A stretch of DNA of 36,840 nt from a bacterium. Its GTDB lineage: Bacteria; Hydrothermota; Tepidihabitantia; Tepidihabitantales; Tepidihabitantaceae. Numbering within the stretch: position 1 is the first letter of the stretch; each line of letters starts with the position of its first letter. The notes under the pieces were generated by a model that ran no database searches, was not told the DNA's origin, and worked only from the letters and a program-made list of their open reading frames with translations. Of the stretch, positions 9,649 through 18,533 are shown in pieces. The stretch is from NCBI GenBank assembly GCA_046485285.1, contig JAWOHE010000098.1, positions 1 to 36,840 of the forward strand, read 5' to 3'. The position numbers and the translations under genes are program-made.

Positions 9649-10100
9649 GACGTCTGGCCGGGTTCGTCGTCCTCTACCCGCTGTTCCTCCTTCAGGTCGC
9701 ACTGGCCCCGTGGTCGCCCGACCTACTGCTCTTAACGGTCATCGCGCTCGCCTTGGCCGTCGAGCGCGAGCCGTCACCTGACGGCGGGCGGCTCCTTGCC
9801 GCCGGGCGTGGAGCACTGGCCGGGGTCCTCGTCGACCTTGTCGTCCCCGGTGCATTCGGCGCCAACATGGTCGCATACGCCGTCACGGGCTACGCCACTG
9901 CCGTACTGGCGGGCATCACCTATCGTGCGCCGTGGGCAGTCCTCCTCGCTGCGGCCGCCGGACTCGGCCTGCGTCTGCTGGTTGGCGGCACGGGTGGAAC
10001 CGGGATGCCGTCGCCCTGGCCGCTGGCGGTATCTCTTGGGTTCACCCTCCTCCTGGCGTTGCCTTGGCAGTGGACGGTCCGACACCTGCTGCGCACCTAA
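9645..10100 (+). CDS. mreD: Rod shape-determining protein MreD-like membrane protein
   Basis: Hydrophobic 151 aa with PDLLLL and G.L.D....FG motifs. It sits between mreC and mrdA with overlapping stop/start codons. Confidence 0.75.
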   Translation: MRRLAGFVVLYPLFLLQVALAPWSPDLLLLTVIALALAVEREPSPDGGRLLAAGRGALAGVLVDLVVPGAFGANMVAYAVTGYATAVLAGITYRAPWAVLLAAAAGLGLRLLVGGTGGTGMPSPWPLAVSLGFTLLLALPWQWTVRHLLRT

Positions 10101-11872
10101 TGAAGCCTCGCCCGGTCGTTCTCCAGCGCATCTTTCTGGCCTTGTCCGCACTGCTCGTCCTGCGCCTGACCCAACTCCAGCTTGTCCAGGGCGCGCGCTA
10201 TGCCCGGCTCAGTGACCGCAACCGCATCCGCCAGGTCATCCTGTCAGCTCCGCGGGGCCGGGTGTTTGACCGGAATGGCGAGTTGCTGGCTGACACGCGC
10301 CCCTCGTTCACCGTCTCGGTCATCCCGACCGAAATGGATGACAACACGCTCGCCTCGCTCGCCGGGCTGCTCGAGGTACCCGAGGATGAACTCCGGGACA
10401 TGGTCCGCCCGGTCACCCACGTTTCGGCTCCGGTCAAGGTTCGACGCAACCTGACCGCCCGACAGCTCTATCGCCTCGAGGAGAACCGCTTCCGGCTGGC
10501 TGGGGTCCGCACCAGCGTCGACCCGGTGCGCAACTATCCCGGCCGTGAGACCTACTGCCACGTACTCGGCCACGTCGGCGAGGCAAACGCCGCCGACCTC
10601 GCCCGCGACACCAGCTACCGGTTGCTCGACTTCGTCGGCCGGGATGGCATCGAGGGCCGCTATGAAGCCGCACTGCGCGGCCGCGATGGCGTCGAGTACA
10701 TCGAAGTCGACGTTCGGGGCCAGGAGATTGGCCCGCTCGCCGAGAAACGGCTGGTCGAACCGCAGGCCGGCAGCGACCTGCACCTGACAGTCGACGCGCG
10801 GCTCCACCGCGAGTGTGAGCGGCTGATGCGCGGCCGCGCAGGCGCGGCGGTTGCCCTCGACGTCCGGACCGGCGAAGTCCTTTGCCTCTACTCACAGCCC
10901 GGCTACGACCCCGGCATCTTCACCGGACCGATACCCGCACGCCTTTGGGACTCGCTGGTCGGGTCGCCGGGAAGGCCGTTCTTCCACCGGGCAATCTGTG
11001 CCGGCTACCCGCCGGGCAGCGTCTTCAAGCCGTTCGTGGCGCTGGCCGCGCTCGAGAGCGGCCGGGCAACGGCTGGCACGAGGTATGCACCCTGTCAAGG
11101 CTCTTACCGGTACGGCGACCGGACGTTCGCCTGCTGGTCGCGGCACGGCAGTCTGGCGATGGTGGACGCGCTCGCCCATTCCTGCAACGTCTACTTCTAC
11201 CAGCTCGGACTCGACCTCGGTCTCGACAGCCTCGCCTCGTTCGTCGGGTCCTTTCCGTTCGGCAGGCCAACCGGTATCGACGTACCCAACGAGGCACCGG
11301 GCAGGCTCCCGACGCGCGACTGGCTCGACAAGCGTTACGGCCGAAACCGGTGGGGCCGCGGCACCCTGCTCAACCTGTCGATTGGCCAGGGCGAGATGCT
11401 CGCTACGCCGCTTCAGGTAGCGCTCGCATTCGCGGCAATCGCGGGTGAAGGCCGCTACCACCTGCCCCACATCGTCGCCCGGGTCGACTCGGCCGGAGTC
11501 ACGACCCTGCGCGCAAGGCCGAGGGCCGGACGGGCGGCCGGCGATGCCGCGAGCTACCGCATCGTCAAGCGCGGGCTCGAACGCGTTGTCGAGCGCGGTA
11601 CCGCCCGGGCCGCCCGGCTGGCTGATGTCGCGATCGCCGGCAAGACCGGCACGGCCCAGAACCCCAGCGGCGAAGACCACGCCTGGTTCGCCTGCTATGC
11701 GCCGGTCGACAACCCGGAGATCGCGGTCGCGGTCATAGTCGAGCGCGGCGGTCACGGCGGGGCGGTGGCGGCGCCGATCGCGCGACAGCTGGTCCGCCGC
11801 TGGTTCGACCTCCCCGACTTCGAGCCGCCCGCAGAGCCGGTCCGGCCGGACTCGGCCGATGACGCGAGATGA
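10100..11872 (+). CDS. mrdA: Penicillin-binding protein 2
   Basis: APRGRVFDRNG, SxxK (PGSVFK), SxN (SCN) and KTG motifs. ATG overlaps the mreD TAA (TAATG). Confidence 0.95.
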   Translation: MKPRPVVLQRIFLALSALLVLRLTQLQLVQGARYARLSDRNRIRQVILSAPRGRVFDRNGELLADTRPSFTVSVIPTEMDDNTLASLAGLLEVPEDELRDMVRPVTHVSAPVKVRRNLTARQLYRLEENRFRLAGVRTSVDPVRNYPGRETYCHVLGHVGEANAADLARDTSYRLLDFVGRDGIEGRYEAALRGRDGVEYIEVDVRGQEIGPLAEKRLVEPQAGSDLHLTVDARLHRECERLMRGRAGAAVALDVRTGEVLCLYSQPGYDPGIFTGPIPARLWDSLVGSPGRPFFHRAICAGYPPGSVFKPFVALAALESGRATAGTRYAPCQGSYRYGDRTFACWSRHGSLAMVDALAHSCNVYFYQLGLDLGLDSLASFVGSFPFGRPTGIDVPNEAPGRLPTRDWLDKRYGRNRWGRGTLLNLSIGQGEMLATPLQVALAFAAIAGEGRYHLPHIVARVDSAGVTTLRARPRAGRAAGDAASYRIVKRGLERVVERGTARAARLADVAIAGKTGTAQNPSGEDHAWFACYAPVDNPEIAVAVIVERGGHGGAVAAPIARQLVRRWFDLPDFEPPAEPVRPDSADDAR

Positions 11873-13044
11873 GGAAACTCGAGTGGCCGCTTCTCCTGAC
11901 GACCGGACTGCTGGCATCGATCGGGCTCCTTGTAGTCTACTCGACCGGCGGGACTCACTACTTCTTCCGCCAGCTCATCTTCGTCCCGGTCGCCATCGGT
12001 GCGCTGATCGCGACCTTCCTCCTACCACGCCGGGTAATCATAGGTGTGGCCTGGCCGGCGTATCTTTCATCCATCGTTCTTCTGATAGCGGTCCTTGTGT
12101 TCGGCCGCGGCGCTGGTGCCGATCGCTGGCTCGCTCTCGGGCCGTTGCGACTCCAGCCCTCGGAGCTTGCCAAGGTAAGCACGGCCATCCTCCTGGCCAG
12201 CCACCTGGCAGAACGCCGTGCCCCCGGATTCAGCTTTGCCAGCCTGACCGTTCCCGTGCTCATCTGCCTCGCGCCGGCCCTACTGATTTTGGCCGAGCCC
12301 GACCTCTCGACCGCCGTCCTCTTCGCGGTCTTGCTCGCCGCGATGCTCTACCAGGCCGGGCTCGCGCCGCTGCACATCCTTCTGCTCTATATCCCGCTCG
12401 TGTCATTCGCCGCCGGGTTCTCGCTATATACCTGGCTCCCGCTCTTCGTGTTGGTCGCGGTCGTCTTCCTGCGGCATGCAACCCTCGGTCGCACGGTCGC
12501 GGTCCTGACGATAACTTCGGCCTCCGGCCTGCTCTCGCCGCTCGTCCTGTCGCGACTCCACGAGTACCAGCGCGCCCGCATCCGCAACTTCCTCGCCCCG
12601 TGGCTCGACCCGCATGGTGTCGGCTGGAACGCAATCCAGTCCCGGATCGCCATCGGCTCGGGGCGCCTCCTCGGCAAGGGCTTCGGCCGCGGCACCCAGA
12701 ACCGGCTGGGATTCCTCCCCAACCGGCACACGGACTTCGTGTTCTCCTGCATCGGCGAGGAGTTCGGCCTCGCCGGCTCGATCGCCGTTATCGGGCTCTT
12801 TGCCCTTCACGTTAGCCGCGTCCTGAACACCGCTCGACGCTCGCGCGACCGTTTCTCGGCGCTTCTCTGTACCGGCCTCGCGACGATCATCGGCTATCAG
12901 GTCATCGTCAACATCGGAATGCTCCTCGGCCTGCTGCCGATAACCGGCATCGCACTGCCGTTCGTGAGCTACGGTGGTTCAGGGCTGGTCACCCAGTTCG
13001 CCATTGTCGGTCTGGTGCTCAACGTCGGGGCGCGCCCGGAATGA
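11869..13044 (+). CDS. rodA: Rod shape-determining protein RodA (SEDS)
   Basis: Motifs LQPSELAK, QSRIAIGSG, HTDFVFSCIGEEFG and PITGIALPFVSYGGS. Confidence 0.95.
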   Translation: MRKLEWPLLLTTGLLASIGLLVVYSTGGTHYFFRQLIFVPVAIGALIATFLLPRRVIIGVAWPAYLSSIVLLIAVLVFGRGAGADRWLALGPLRLQPSELAKVSTAILLASHLAERRAPGFSFASLTVPVLICLAPALLILAEPDLSTAVLFAVLLAAMLYQAGLAPLHILLLYIPLVSFAAGFSLYTWLPLFVLVAVVFLRHATLGRTVAVLTITSASGLLSPLVLSRLHEYQRARIRNFLAPWLDPHGVGWNAIQSRIAIGSGRLLGKGFGRGTQNRLGFLPNRHTDFVFSCIGEEFGLAGSIAVIGLFALHVSRVLNTARRSRDRFSALLCTGLATIIGYQVIVNIGMLLGLLPITGIALPFVSYGGSGLVTQFAIVGLVLNVGARPE

Positions 13045-14078
13045 GCCGGGACATCAGGTCGTTCACGCGCGCCGAACTCGAGGGACTGGCCCGAACGTCG
13101 GGCTGGGAGACCTACCGCGCCCGTCAGCTCTACTCCTGGATGTGGCAGAAACGAGCGGTCAGTTTCTCGGCGATGACCGACCTCGGACTGCGCCTGCGCG
13201 AGGAGCTCTCCGCGGGGTTCCATATCTACGTGCCGGAGACCGTCGTGCGGGTCGAAGACCGAGACGGAACGATCCGCTTCGTCTTCCGACTCGAGGATGA
13301 TATGGTAATCGAGTCGGTGTACATACCGGACGGGGACCGGCGCACCGCCTGCGTCTCGACCCAGGTCGGTTGCGGCCTCGGCTGCCGTATCTGTCGCACC
13401 GCCCGGCTCGGTTTGGCGCGCAGCCTCGCCTGGCACGAGATTGCCGGCCAGGTACTCGAAATCGGCCGGGCAGTCCCGGAGCGTCTCACCAATGTGGTGT
13501 TCATGGGAATGGGCGAGCCATTCGCGAACTACGACGCGACGATGTCCGCGGTCGAGGAAGTGAACGCGCCCGGCGGTATCAACATCGGCGCCCGCCATAT
13601 CACTGTCTCCACCGCCGGCCTGCCTGATGGGATCCGTCGCTACGCCAGCTTCCGACTGCAGAGCCGGCTGGCCGTTTCGCTCAACGCGGCCGACGATGCG
13701 ACGCGGGGTTCGCTGATGCCAGTGAACCAACGCCACCCCCTGGCGGACCTGCTGGCCGCGGTACGGGAGTTCACTCAGCGACGCGGCGGCAAACGAGTCA
13801 CCTTCGAATACGTCCTGCTCCGCGGCATCAATGACCGGCCTGCCGACGCCCGCAACCTGTCCTCGCTCCTGCAAGGCATTCCCTGTAAGGTCAACTTGAT
13901 TCCCTACAACGCATTCGAGGGCAGCGACTACGCCGCGCCCCGGCCGCGTGAAGTCGAGCGTTTCGCGGAACTCCTCTACCCTGGACTGCCGGCTGTGACC
14001 ATCCGGCGCAGCCGTGGTGCTTCAATCGGCGCGGCTTGCGGCCAGCTTGCCGCCCGGCTGGAACGCAAAGACGCCTGA
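13041..14078 (+). CDS. rlmN: 23S rRNA (adenine(2503)-C2)-methyltransferase, radical SAM
   Basis: CVSTQVGCGLGCRIC (CxxxCxxC), MGMGEP, VNLIPYN and GAACGQL. Confidence 0.95.
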   Translation: MSRDIRSFTRAELEGLARTSGWETYRARQLYSWMWQKRAVSFSAMTDLGLRLREELSAGFHIYVPETVVRVEDRDGTIRFVFRLEDDMVIESVYIPDGDRRTACVSTQVGCGLGCRICRTARLGLARSLAWHEIAGQVLEIGRAVPERLTNVVFMGMGEPFANYDATMSAVEEVNAPGGINIGARHITVSTAGLPDGIRRYASFRLQSRLAVSLNAADDATRGSLMPVNQRHPLADLLAAVREFTQRRGGKRVTFEYVLLRGINDRPADARNLSSLLQGIPCKVNLIPYNAFEGSDYAAPRPREVERFAELLYPGLPAVTIRRSRGASIGAACGQLAARLERKDA

Positions 14079-14092
14079 GCCGGCGCTCAGGC
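14073..14092. terminator. Palindrome joining the convergent rlmN and saccharopine dehydrogenase stops
   Basis: GCCTGAGC-CGGC-GCTCAGGC, an 8-bp perfect stem containing both TGA stops. There is no U-tract. Confidence 0.4.
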
Positions 14093-15409
14093 CGTCGGAG
14101 TCTCTCTCTCGACGCACTCGATGCCGAGCCGGGCGAGTTCCTCAAGCACGGGCCGGTACAGCTCCGGCACGACAGGGATGTGCACGCCGCTCAGTCGCAC
14201 CCGCCCCTCGAGCAGGAAGCGCGCCGCTACCGCGGCCGGCAGGCTCACTGTTCGCGCCATCGCCGAGTCGCCACCCGGCTCGCCGTAGGCGACGAGCTTT
14301 GAGGTGATGTTGACCGCGGGGCGGCCGGCCTTCTCTGCAGCGAACTCGTGGTAGAGCACGATCATGTCCCGCTCACCCGGCCGGTAGGCCATCCGGTCAA
14401 GCATCAGCCGGGCCAAGATGTCGAGGCTCGACCCGCGGTCAAGTCCGACCGGGAGTTCGTCGAACATCCCTAGCCAGGCCATGTTCTCGACAACCCGGGC
14501 GCTCGGCCCGACGCCAAGCCGGTTCGCGACATCGGCGCGCAGGTCGACCGTCCCGGCGACGTGCTCGCGGACCCAGGCCGCGCGGGTCAATCCGGCGAGG
14601 TTGTCGCGAATCCGGTCGTCCAGCAGGCCGAGTCCGGCAATCGCCTTGAGTGTCTCACACCACCCGGGGTTCCGCAAGGTGCCCCGTAGCATCGTCCCGA
14701 TACCCTCAAGGCCGTAGAGCCCGATGTACGGAAGCGAGTTGCGGTTGGGGTATGCCTCGAATTCGCGCTCGCCCTCGACATGCAGGGTCCAGCGGTGGCC
14801 GAAGAGCTCGCGCCCGGGTACGAACACCTCCCTGCCGTTCTCCAGGTACCGCGCGTCGTTGCGGCCGGCCATCACAACGCCCTTCGGGCTCCATGAGAAC
14901 TTATAGCCAAGCGGGTTGTCGTTCGCCTCAGGCGCGGGCAGCCCACCGCACCAGGAACGGAAGCTCGTTACCCGCCCGCCGGCATCCCGCAAGCGGTCGA
15001 TGACTGCCATTGCCGACATATGGTCGATTCCCGGGTCAAGTCCAATCTCGTTCAGCAACAGCACACCGGCTGCTTTCGCGTCGGCATCCAGGGCCCGCAT
15101 CGCATCGCTGACGTAGGACGTCGTGACCAGGTGACGACGGTGACTGATGCAGTGCCGGGCAACCTGGACGTGGTAGATGTACGGAAGCAGGCTGACCGTG
15201 ACATCGTGATCCCCGACGAGCCGGTCGAGGGTGTTGTTATCATCGACGAGTAACTCCACCGCCGCACCGTTCGGGTGGCCGGCAACCAGCTTCTCGGCCT
15301 TGTCAACTGTCCGGCTGGCCACTGTCAGCCGGCAACCGACAGCATCGAGGAGGTAACGCACCATCGGCCGGGAAACTAACCCGGCGCCGAGAATCAGGAC
15401 CTTGTTCAT
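14087..15409 (-). CDS. Saccharopine dehydrogenase (glutamate-forming, Lys9/AASS-SDH type)
   Basis: Motifs VLILGAGLVS, TTSYVS, LNEIGLDPGIDHM, CGGLPAPEANDNPLGYKFSWSP, EAYPNRNS and SAMARTV. The start is ATG 15409 (GGAG upstream) or 15421. Confidence 0.92.
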   Translation of the reverse strand: MNKVLILGAGLVSRPMVRYLLDAVGCRLTVASRTVDKAEKLVAGHPNGAAVELLVDDNNTLDRLVGDHDVTVSLLPYIYHVQVARHCISHRRHLVTTSYVSDAMRALDADAKAAGVLLLNEIGLDPGIDHMSAMAVIDRLRDAGGRVTSFRSWCGGLPAPEANDNPLGYKFSWSPKGVVMAGRNDARYLENGREVFVPGRELFGHRWTLHVEGEREFEAYPNRNSLPYIGLYGLEGIGTMLRGTLRNPGWCETLKAIAGLGLLDDRIRDNLAGLTRAAWVREHVAGTVDLRADVANRLGVGPSARVVENMAWLGMFDELPVGLDRGSSLDILARLMLDRMAYRPGERDMIVLYHEFAAEKAGRPAVNITSKLVAYGEPGGDSAMARTVSLPAAVAARFLLEGRVRLSGVHIPVVPELYRPVLEELARLGIECVERETPTA

Positions 15410-15425
15410 TCGTGGCTCCATTTCT

Positions 15426-16739
15426 TCACCCCAGGTAGTCAGCCAGGTATCGGTACTTCTCGGTCAGTTCACCGCGGCGCAGAACGAGAGCGCGGGCCAG
15501 CGGACTGGGCAGTTCAGGACCGCCTGGCGTGCCGAAGTCGGTCCGGGCCAGGTCGGTCACGAATGGCATGAGCGCACGACCGAACTCCAGGCTGGAGTCG
15601 ATCGGCAGCTCACAGGGCAGGTTGTCCACCGCCATCACGACAAGGCCGGGACCATCGACCCCGGCTACGGCCGAGTCAGACCCGGGGTCGTACACGAAGA
15701 CCGGTCTCTCGGGATCGGTGACCCTGACTGTTGCCTCGATGGCGCCGCGGACATCACAGGAGATGTCCCCTACGACCCGCAGGCGCAGGCCGTCCGGCTT
15801 CGATAGCTCGGTCCGGAGCCACTCGCGGGTGACCAGCCGCGGGTACCGGTCGGTCCAGAATATTGCGTTGACCAGCACCGTCAGGTACGGCAAGCGGTCC
15901 TCGAATGCCGGACGGAATCGCTCCGGATGGCGGTAGTACTCGTCGAGATTGAATGGCTTGCCGCGCTCGAGAGGCTCCGCCAGGTGTTGCTCCCTGAACA
16001 CGGTCCGATACACTGCAGTCCGTGCCCCGCGCCCGAACACCGCTGGGACCTCATCAGGCTCAACCGGAACTGCACCGAACGCGTCAAGCACCTCGAGCGC
16101 GCCCTGTCCGACGTGACCGTAGCCAGCAACCCCGACCACCAATGGGACCAAGGGATTCGGCAGACCCTCCCGCCGCAGTCGCAGTCCGGTGGCAGCGACG
16201 GCACGCATCAGGGCATCCACGTGCTCGTACTCGTGCGGCGGCCTCAGGCCGGCCAGCGGGTTCTCGAATCCCTCGCTTGCCAGCCGGCGACCGAGCGCGA
16301 CCAGGGTCTCGACCATACCCGCAATGCCCGCGAACCGTCCGAAGAACACCAGCCGTCGGCCGCCTTCATCGGCAATCAGCTCGTAGTCCAGCAGGCTGCA
16401 ACCGAGCTCCACGAGCCTGGACAACATCGGCATGTTGTAGCGCTGGCCCTTTATGACGTGGGCAAAGAACGCGTAACTGCCTCCCGGCCGGAACAACTCA
16501 ACCGGCATCTCCTTGACACCGAGCACGACGCGGCAGTTCGACAGGTCTTCAGTGACTTCGGCGCCGACCTCGCGGTACTCCTCGTCGGGGAATGCGCGGA
16601 CCGATGACGACTGGACGGCAAACTGCAGACCCTGCGAGCAAACCGCCTCCCCCACCTGGCCGGGCGTTAGGGGAGTGCGTCGCTCCCAGCGATTCTTGGT
16701 CTCACGGCAAATGCCGATGTCGATCCGCTGTGGACACAT
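15426..16739 (-). CDS. Lysine-ketoglutarate reductase / saccharopine dehydrogenase (lysine-forming), AlaDh/PNT fold
   Basis: Motifs RETKNRWERRTPLTP, GVKE, FAHVIKGQ, LDYE, FFGRFAGIAG, GDISCD and MAVDNLPCELP, matching the LKR domain of AASS. Confidence 0.88.
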   Translation of the reverse strand: MCPQRIDIGICRETKNRWERRTPLTPGQVGEAVCSQGLQFAVQSSSVRAFPDEEYREVGAEVTEDLSNCRVVLGVKEMPVELFRPGGSYAFFAHVIKGQRYNMPMLSRLVELGCSLLDYELIADEGGRRLVFFGRFAGIAGMVETLVALGRRLASEGFENPLAGLRPPHEYEHVDALMRAVAATGLRLRREGLPNPLVPLVVGVAGYGHVGQGALEVLDAFGAVPVEPDEVPAVFGRGARTAVYRTVFREQHLAEPLERGKPFNLDEYYRHPERFRPAFEDRLPYLTVLVNAIFWTDRYPRLVTREWLRTELSKPDGLRLRVVGDISCDVRGAIEATVRVTDPERPVFVYDPGSDSAVAGVDGPGLVVMAVDNLPCELPIDSSLEFGRALMPFVTDLARTDFGTPGGPELPSPLARALVLRRGELTEKYRYLADYLG

Positions 16740-16747
16740 TGACGGGA

Positions 16748-16775
16748 ATCATAATCCCCAGCCGCGGACAGTCAA
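16748..16775 (-). promoter_or_regulatory. sigma70-like promoter of the LKR-SDH pair (near-leaderless)
   Basis: TTGACT(16775-16770)-N16-TATGAT(16753-16748). ATG follows 8 nt later. Confidence 0.65.
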
Positions 16776-16833
16776 ACCGCCGACACGCGCCCCACCGGGC
16801 GCCATGTATCCGAGTCCGGCGTCGCTCCGGGCG

Positions 16834-17625
16834 TTAGGCGCGTGGCGACTCGTGCGACGCACCTAGGACGTCGGGCATCCCGTACAGCCCCGGCTCGTGA
16901 CCAACGCAGAAACGGACCGAGGCCGCGACGCCACGGGCGAAGGCCTCCCGGCTGGTAGCTCGGTGAGTCAGCTCGATGCGCTCGCCTGGCCCGCCAAAAA
17001 CCACGGTGTGGTCGCCAACGACGTCACCGGTCCTCACTGAGTGAATGCCTACCTCGCCAGCTTCTTTGGCCCCGACCAACCCGCACCGGCCGTTGCGGAC
17101 CCGGTTCACCTCCGCCGCCTCGATGACCGCCTCGACCAACCGGGCAGCGGTGCCCGAGGGCGCATCGCTCTTGGCGCGGTGGTGCACCTCAACGACCTCG
17201 ACGTCATACTCGGCGCTCAACAACTGCCGCGCTACCCCGACAAGTCGACACAGGACGTTGATGCCGATCGAGAAGTTGGGCGCGTAGACGACCGGCACCC
17301 TCATGGCGGCCGTGCGCAGTTCCTGCCAGGCCGCATCGTCGAGCCCGGTGACACCACAGACGTAACAGCGCCCCGCGTCGGCACTGGCTCGGGCGCGTTC
17401 CGCGACCCCATCGCTCAGGGCGAAGTCCACCACGACATCGACCTGAGCAAGGATCTCGCCCAAGTGCGCGACTACCTGCCCGCTACCGCAAGGGCTCCCC
17501 AGACCGGGGTGCCCGGGCCGCTCAACCCCAGCCGCAATCTCAAGGTCGGCCTCATCGGCAAACGCGCGGCGCAACGCCTCGCCCATTCGGCCGAGCGCGC
17601 CGACGACAACGACCCGGGTACTCAT
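16834..17625 (-). CDS. dapB: 4-hydroxy-tetrahydrodipicolinate reductase
   Basis: Motifs VVGALGRMG, APNFSIG, EVHHRAKSDAPSGTA, VVGDHTV and ELTHRA. ATG 17625 overlaps the dapA stop. Confidence 0.95.
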   Translation of the reverse strand: MSTRVVVVGALGRMGEALRRAFADEADLEIAAGVERPGHPGLGSPCGSGQVVAHLGEILAQVDVVVDFALSDGVAERARASADAGRCYVCGVTGLDDAAWQELRTAAMRVPVVYAPNFSIGINVLCRLVGVARQLLSAEYDVEVVEVHHRAKSDAPSGTAARLVEAVIEAAEVNRVRNGRCGLVGAKEAGEVGIHSVRTGDVVGDHTVVFGGPGERIELTHRATSREAFARGVAASVRFCVGHEPGLYGMPDVLGASHESPRA

Positions 17626-18533
17626 CGCCGGAGCGCGAGACCGTGACGCACGAGCGCCGCGCGGACTGTCTTCCGGCCCTCGGCACTCAACGGGGTCAAT
17701 GGCAGGCGTGGTTCGCCGGCCGGCATTCCGAGCATTTCCAGCGCGGCCTTCACCGGGATAGGGTTGGCTTCGACGAATAGAGCCTTCGTGAGTGGAAACA
17801 GACGGTGGTGTAGCAGGCCCGCGCCGACCGGGTCTCCTGCCAGGAACAGCTCCACCATCCGGCTCACCTCGGCCGGGACAATGTTGCCTGTGACCGAAAT
17901 CACACCCCGGGCGCCGACTGCCAACATCGGCAGTGTCAGCGTGTCGTCGCCGGAGAGGACCACCAGTCGCCCGCCGCAACGGCAGACGGTATCCGACACC
18001 TGGTCCACGCTCCCCGAGGCCTCCTTGACCCCGACGATACCCGGGCAATCGCGCGCCAGCCTCTCTATCGTAGCCGGCAGGATGTTGACAGCGCTCCTTC
18101 CCGGGATGTTATAGACCAGAATCGGCAGATCAGATTCCTCGGCAAGCGCCCGGAAGTGCCTGTACAGGCCCTCCTGGGTTGGCCTGACGTAGTAGGGGGC
18201 AACAACAAGTGCAAGGTCCACATCCAGTGCGCGCGCCCGGCGCAGCGCGGCGACCGACTTCGCGGTGTTGCTCGTACCGACGCCGGCCATCACGACCACG
18301 CGACCGCGGGCCTCGCTCGCGACCGTCCGGACAACCTGCTCGTACTCGGCCTCGGACAGCGCGGCCGCCTCGCCGGTCGAGCCGGCAACAAGCAGGCCGG
18401 CCACCCCGGACTTGAGCTGGAACCGGACGTTACGCCGCAGACCGACAACGTCTACTCGGCCCGATCGGAATGGCGTCACCAGCGCGGTGATGCACCCGTG
18501 CAATCTGGTCGAAGCGTACTCGCTACTGGTCAT
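17622..18533 (-). CDS. dapA: 4-hydroxy-tetrahydrodipicolinate synthase
   Basis: Motifs TALVTPF, GSTGE, PYY, YNIPGR, GVKEASG, SGDD and NPIPVK. The likely start is ATG 18533. Confidence 0.95.
   Translation of the reverse strand: MTSSEYASTRLHGCITALVTPFRSGRVDVVGLRRNVRFQLKSGVAGLLVAGSTGEAAALSEAEYEQVVRTVASEARGRVVVMAGVGTSNTAKSVAALRRARALDVDLALVVAPYYVRPTQEGLYRHFRALAEESDLPILVYNIPGRSAVNILPATIERLARDCPGIVGVKEASGSVDQVSDTVCRCGGRLVVLSGDDTLTLPMLAVGARGVISVTGNIVPAEVSRMVELFLAGDPVGAGLLHHRLFPLTKALFVEANPIPVKAALEMLGMPAGEPRLPLTPLSAEGRKTVRAALVRHGLALRR

Noticed and set aside
9932-10099. Extended N-termini from the ORF track (mrdA 9932, glyA 1095, dapB 18048, pyrD 25244, tldD 27932)
   Set aside because: They overlap upstream genes or promoters. 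Downstream starts match family N-termini, SDs or stop-start overlaps.
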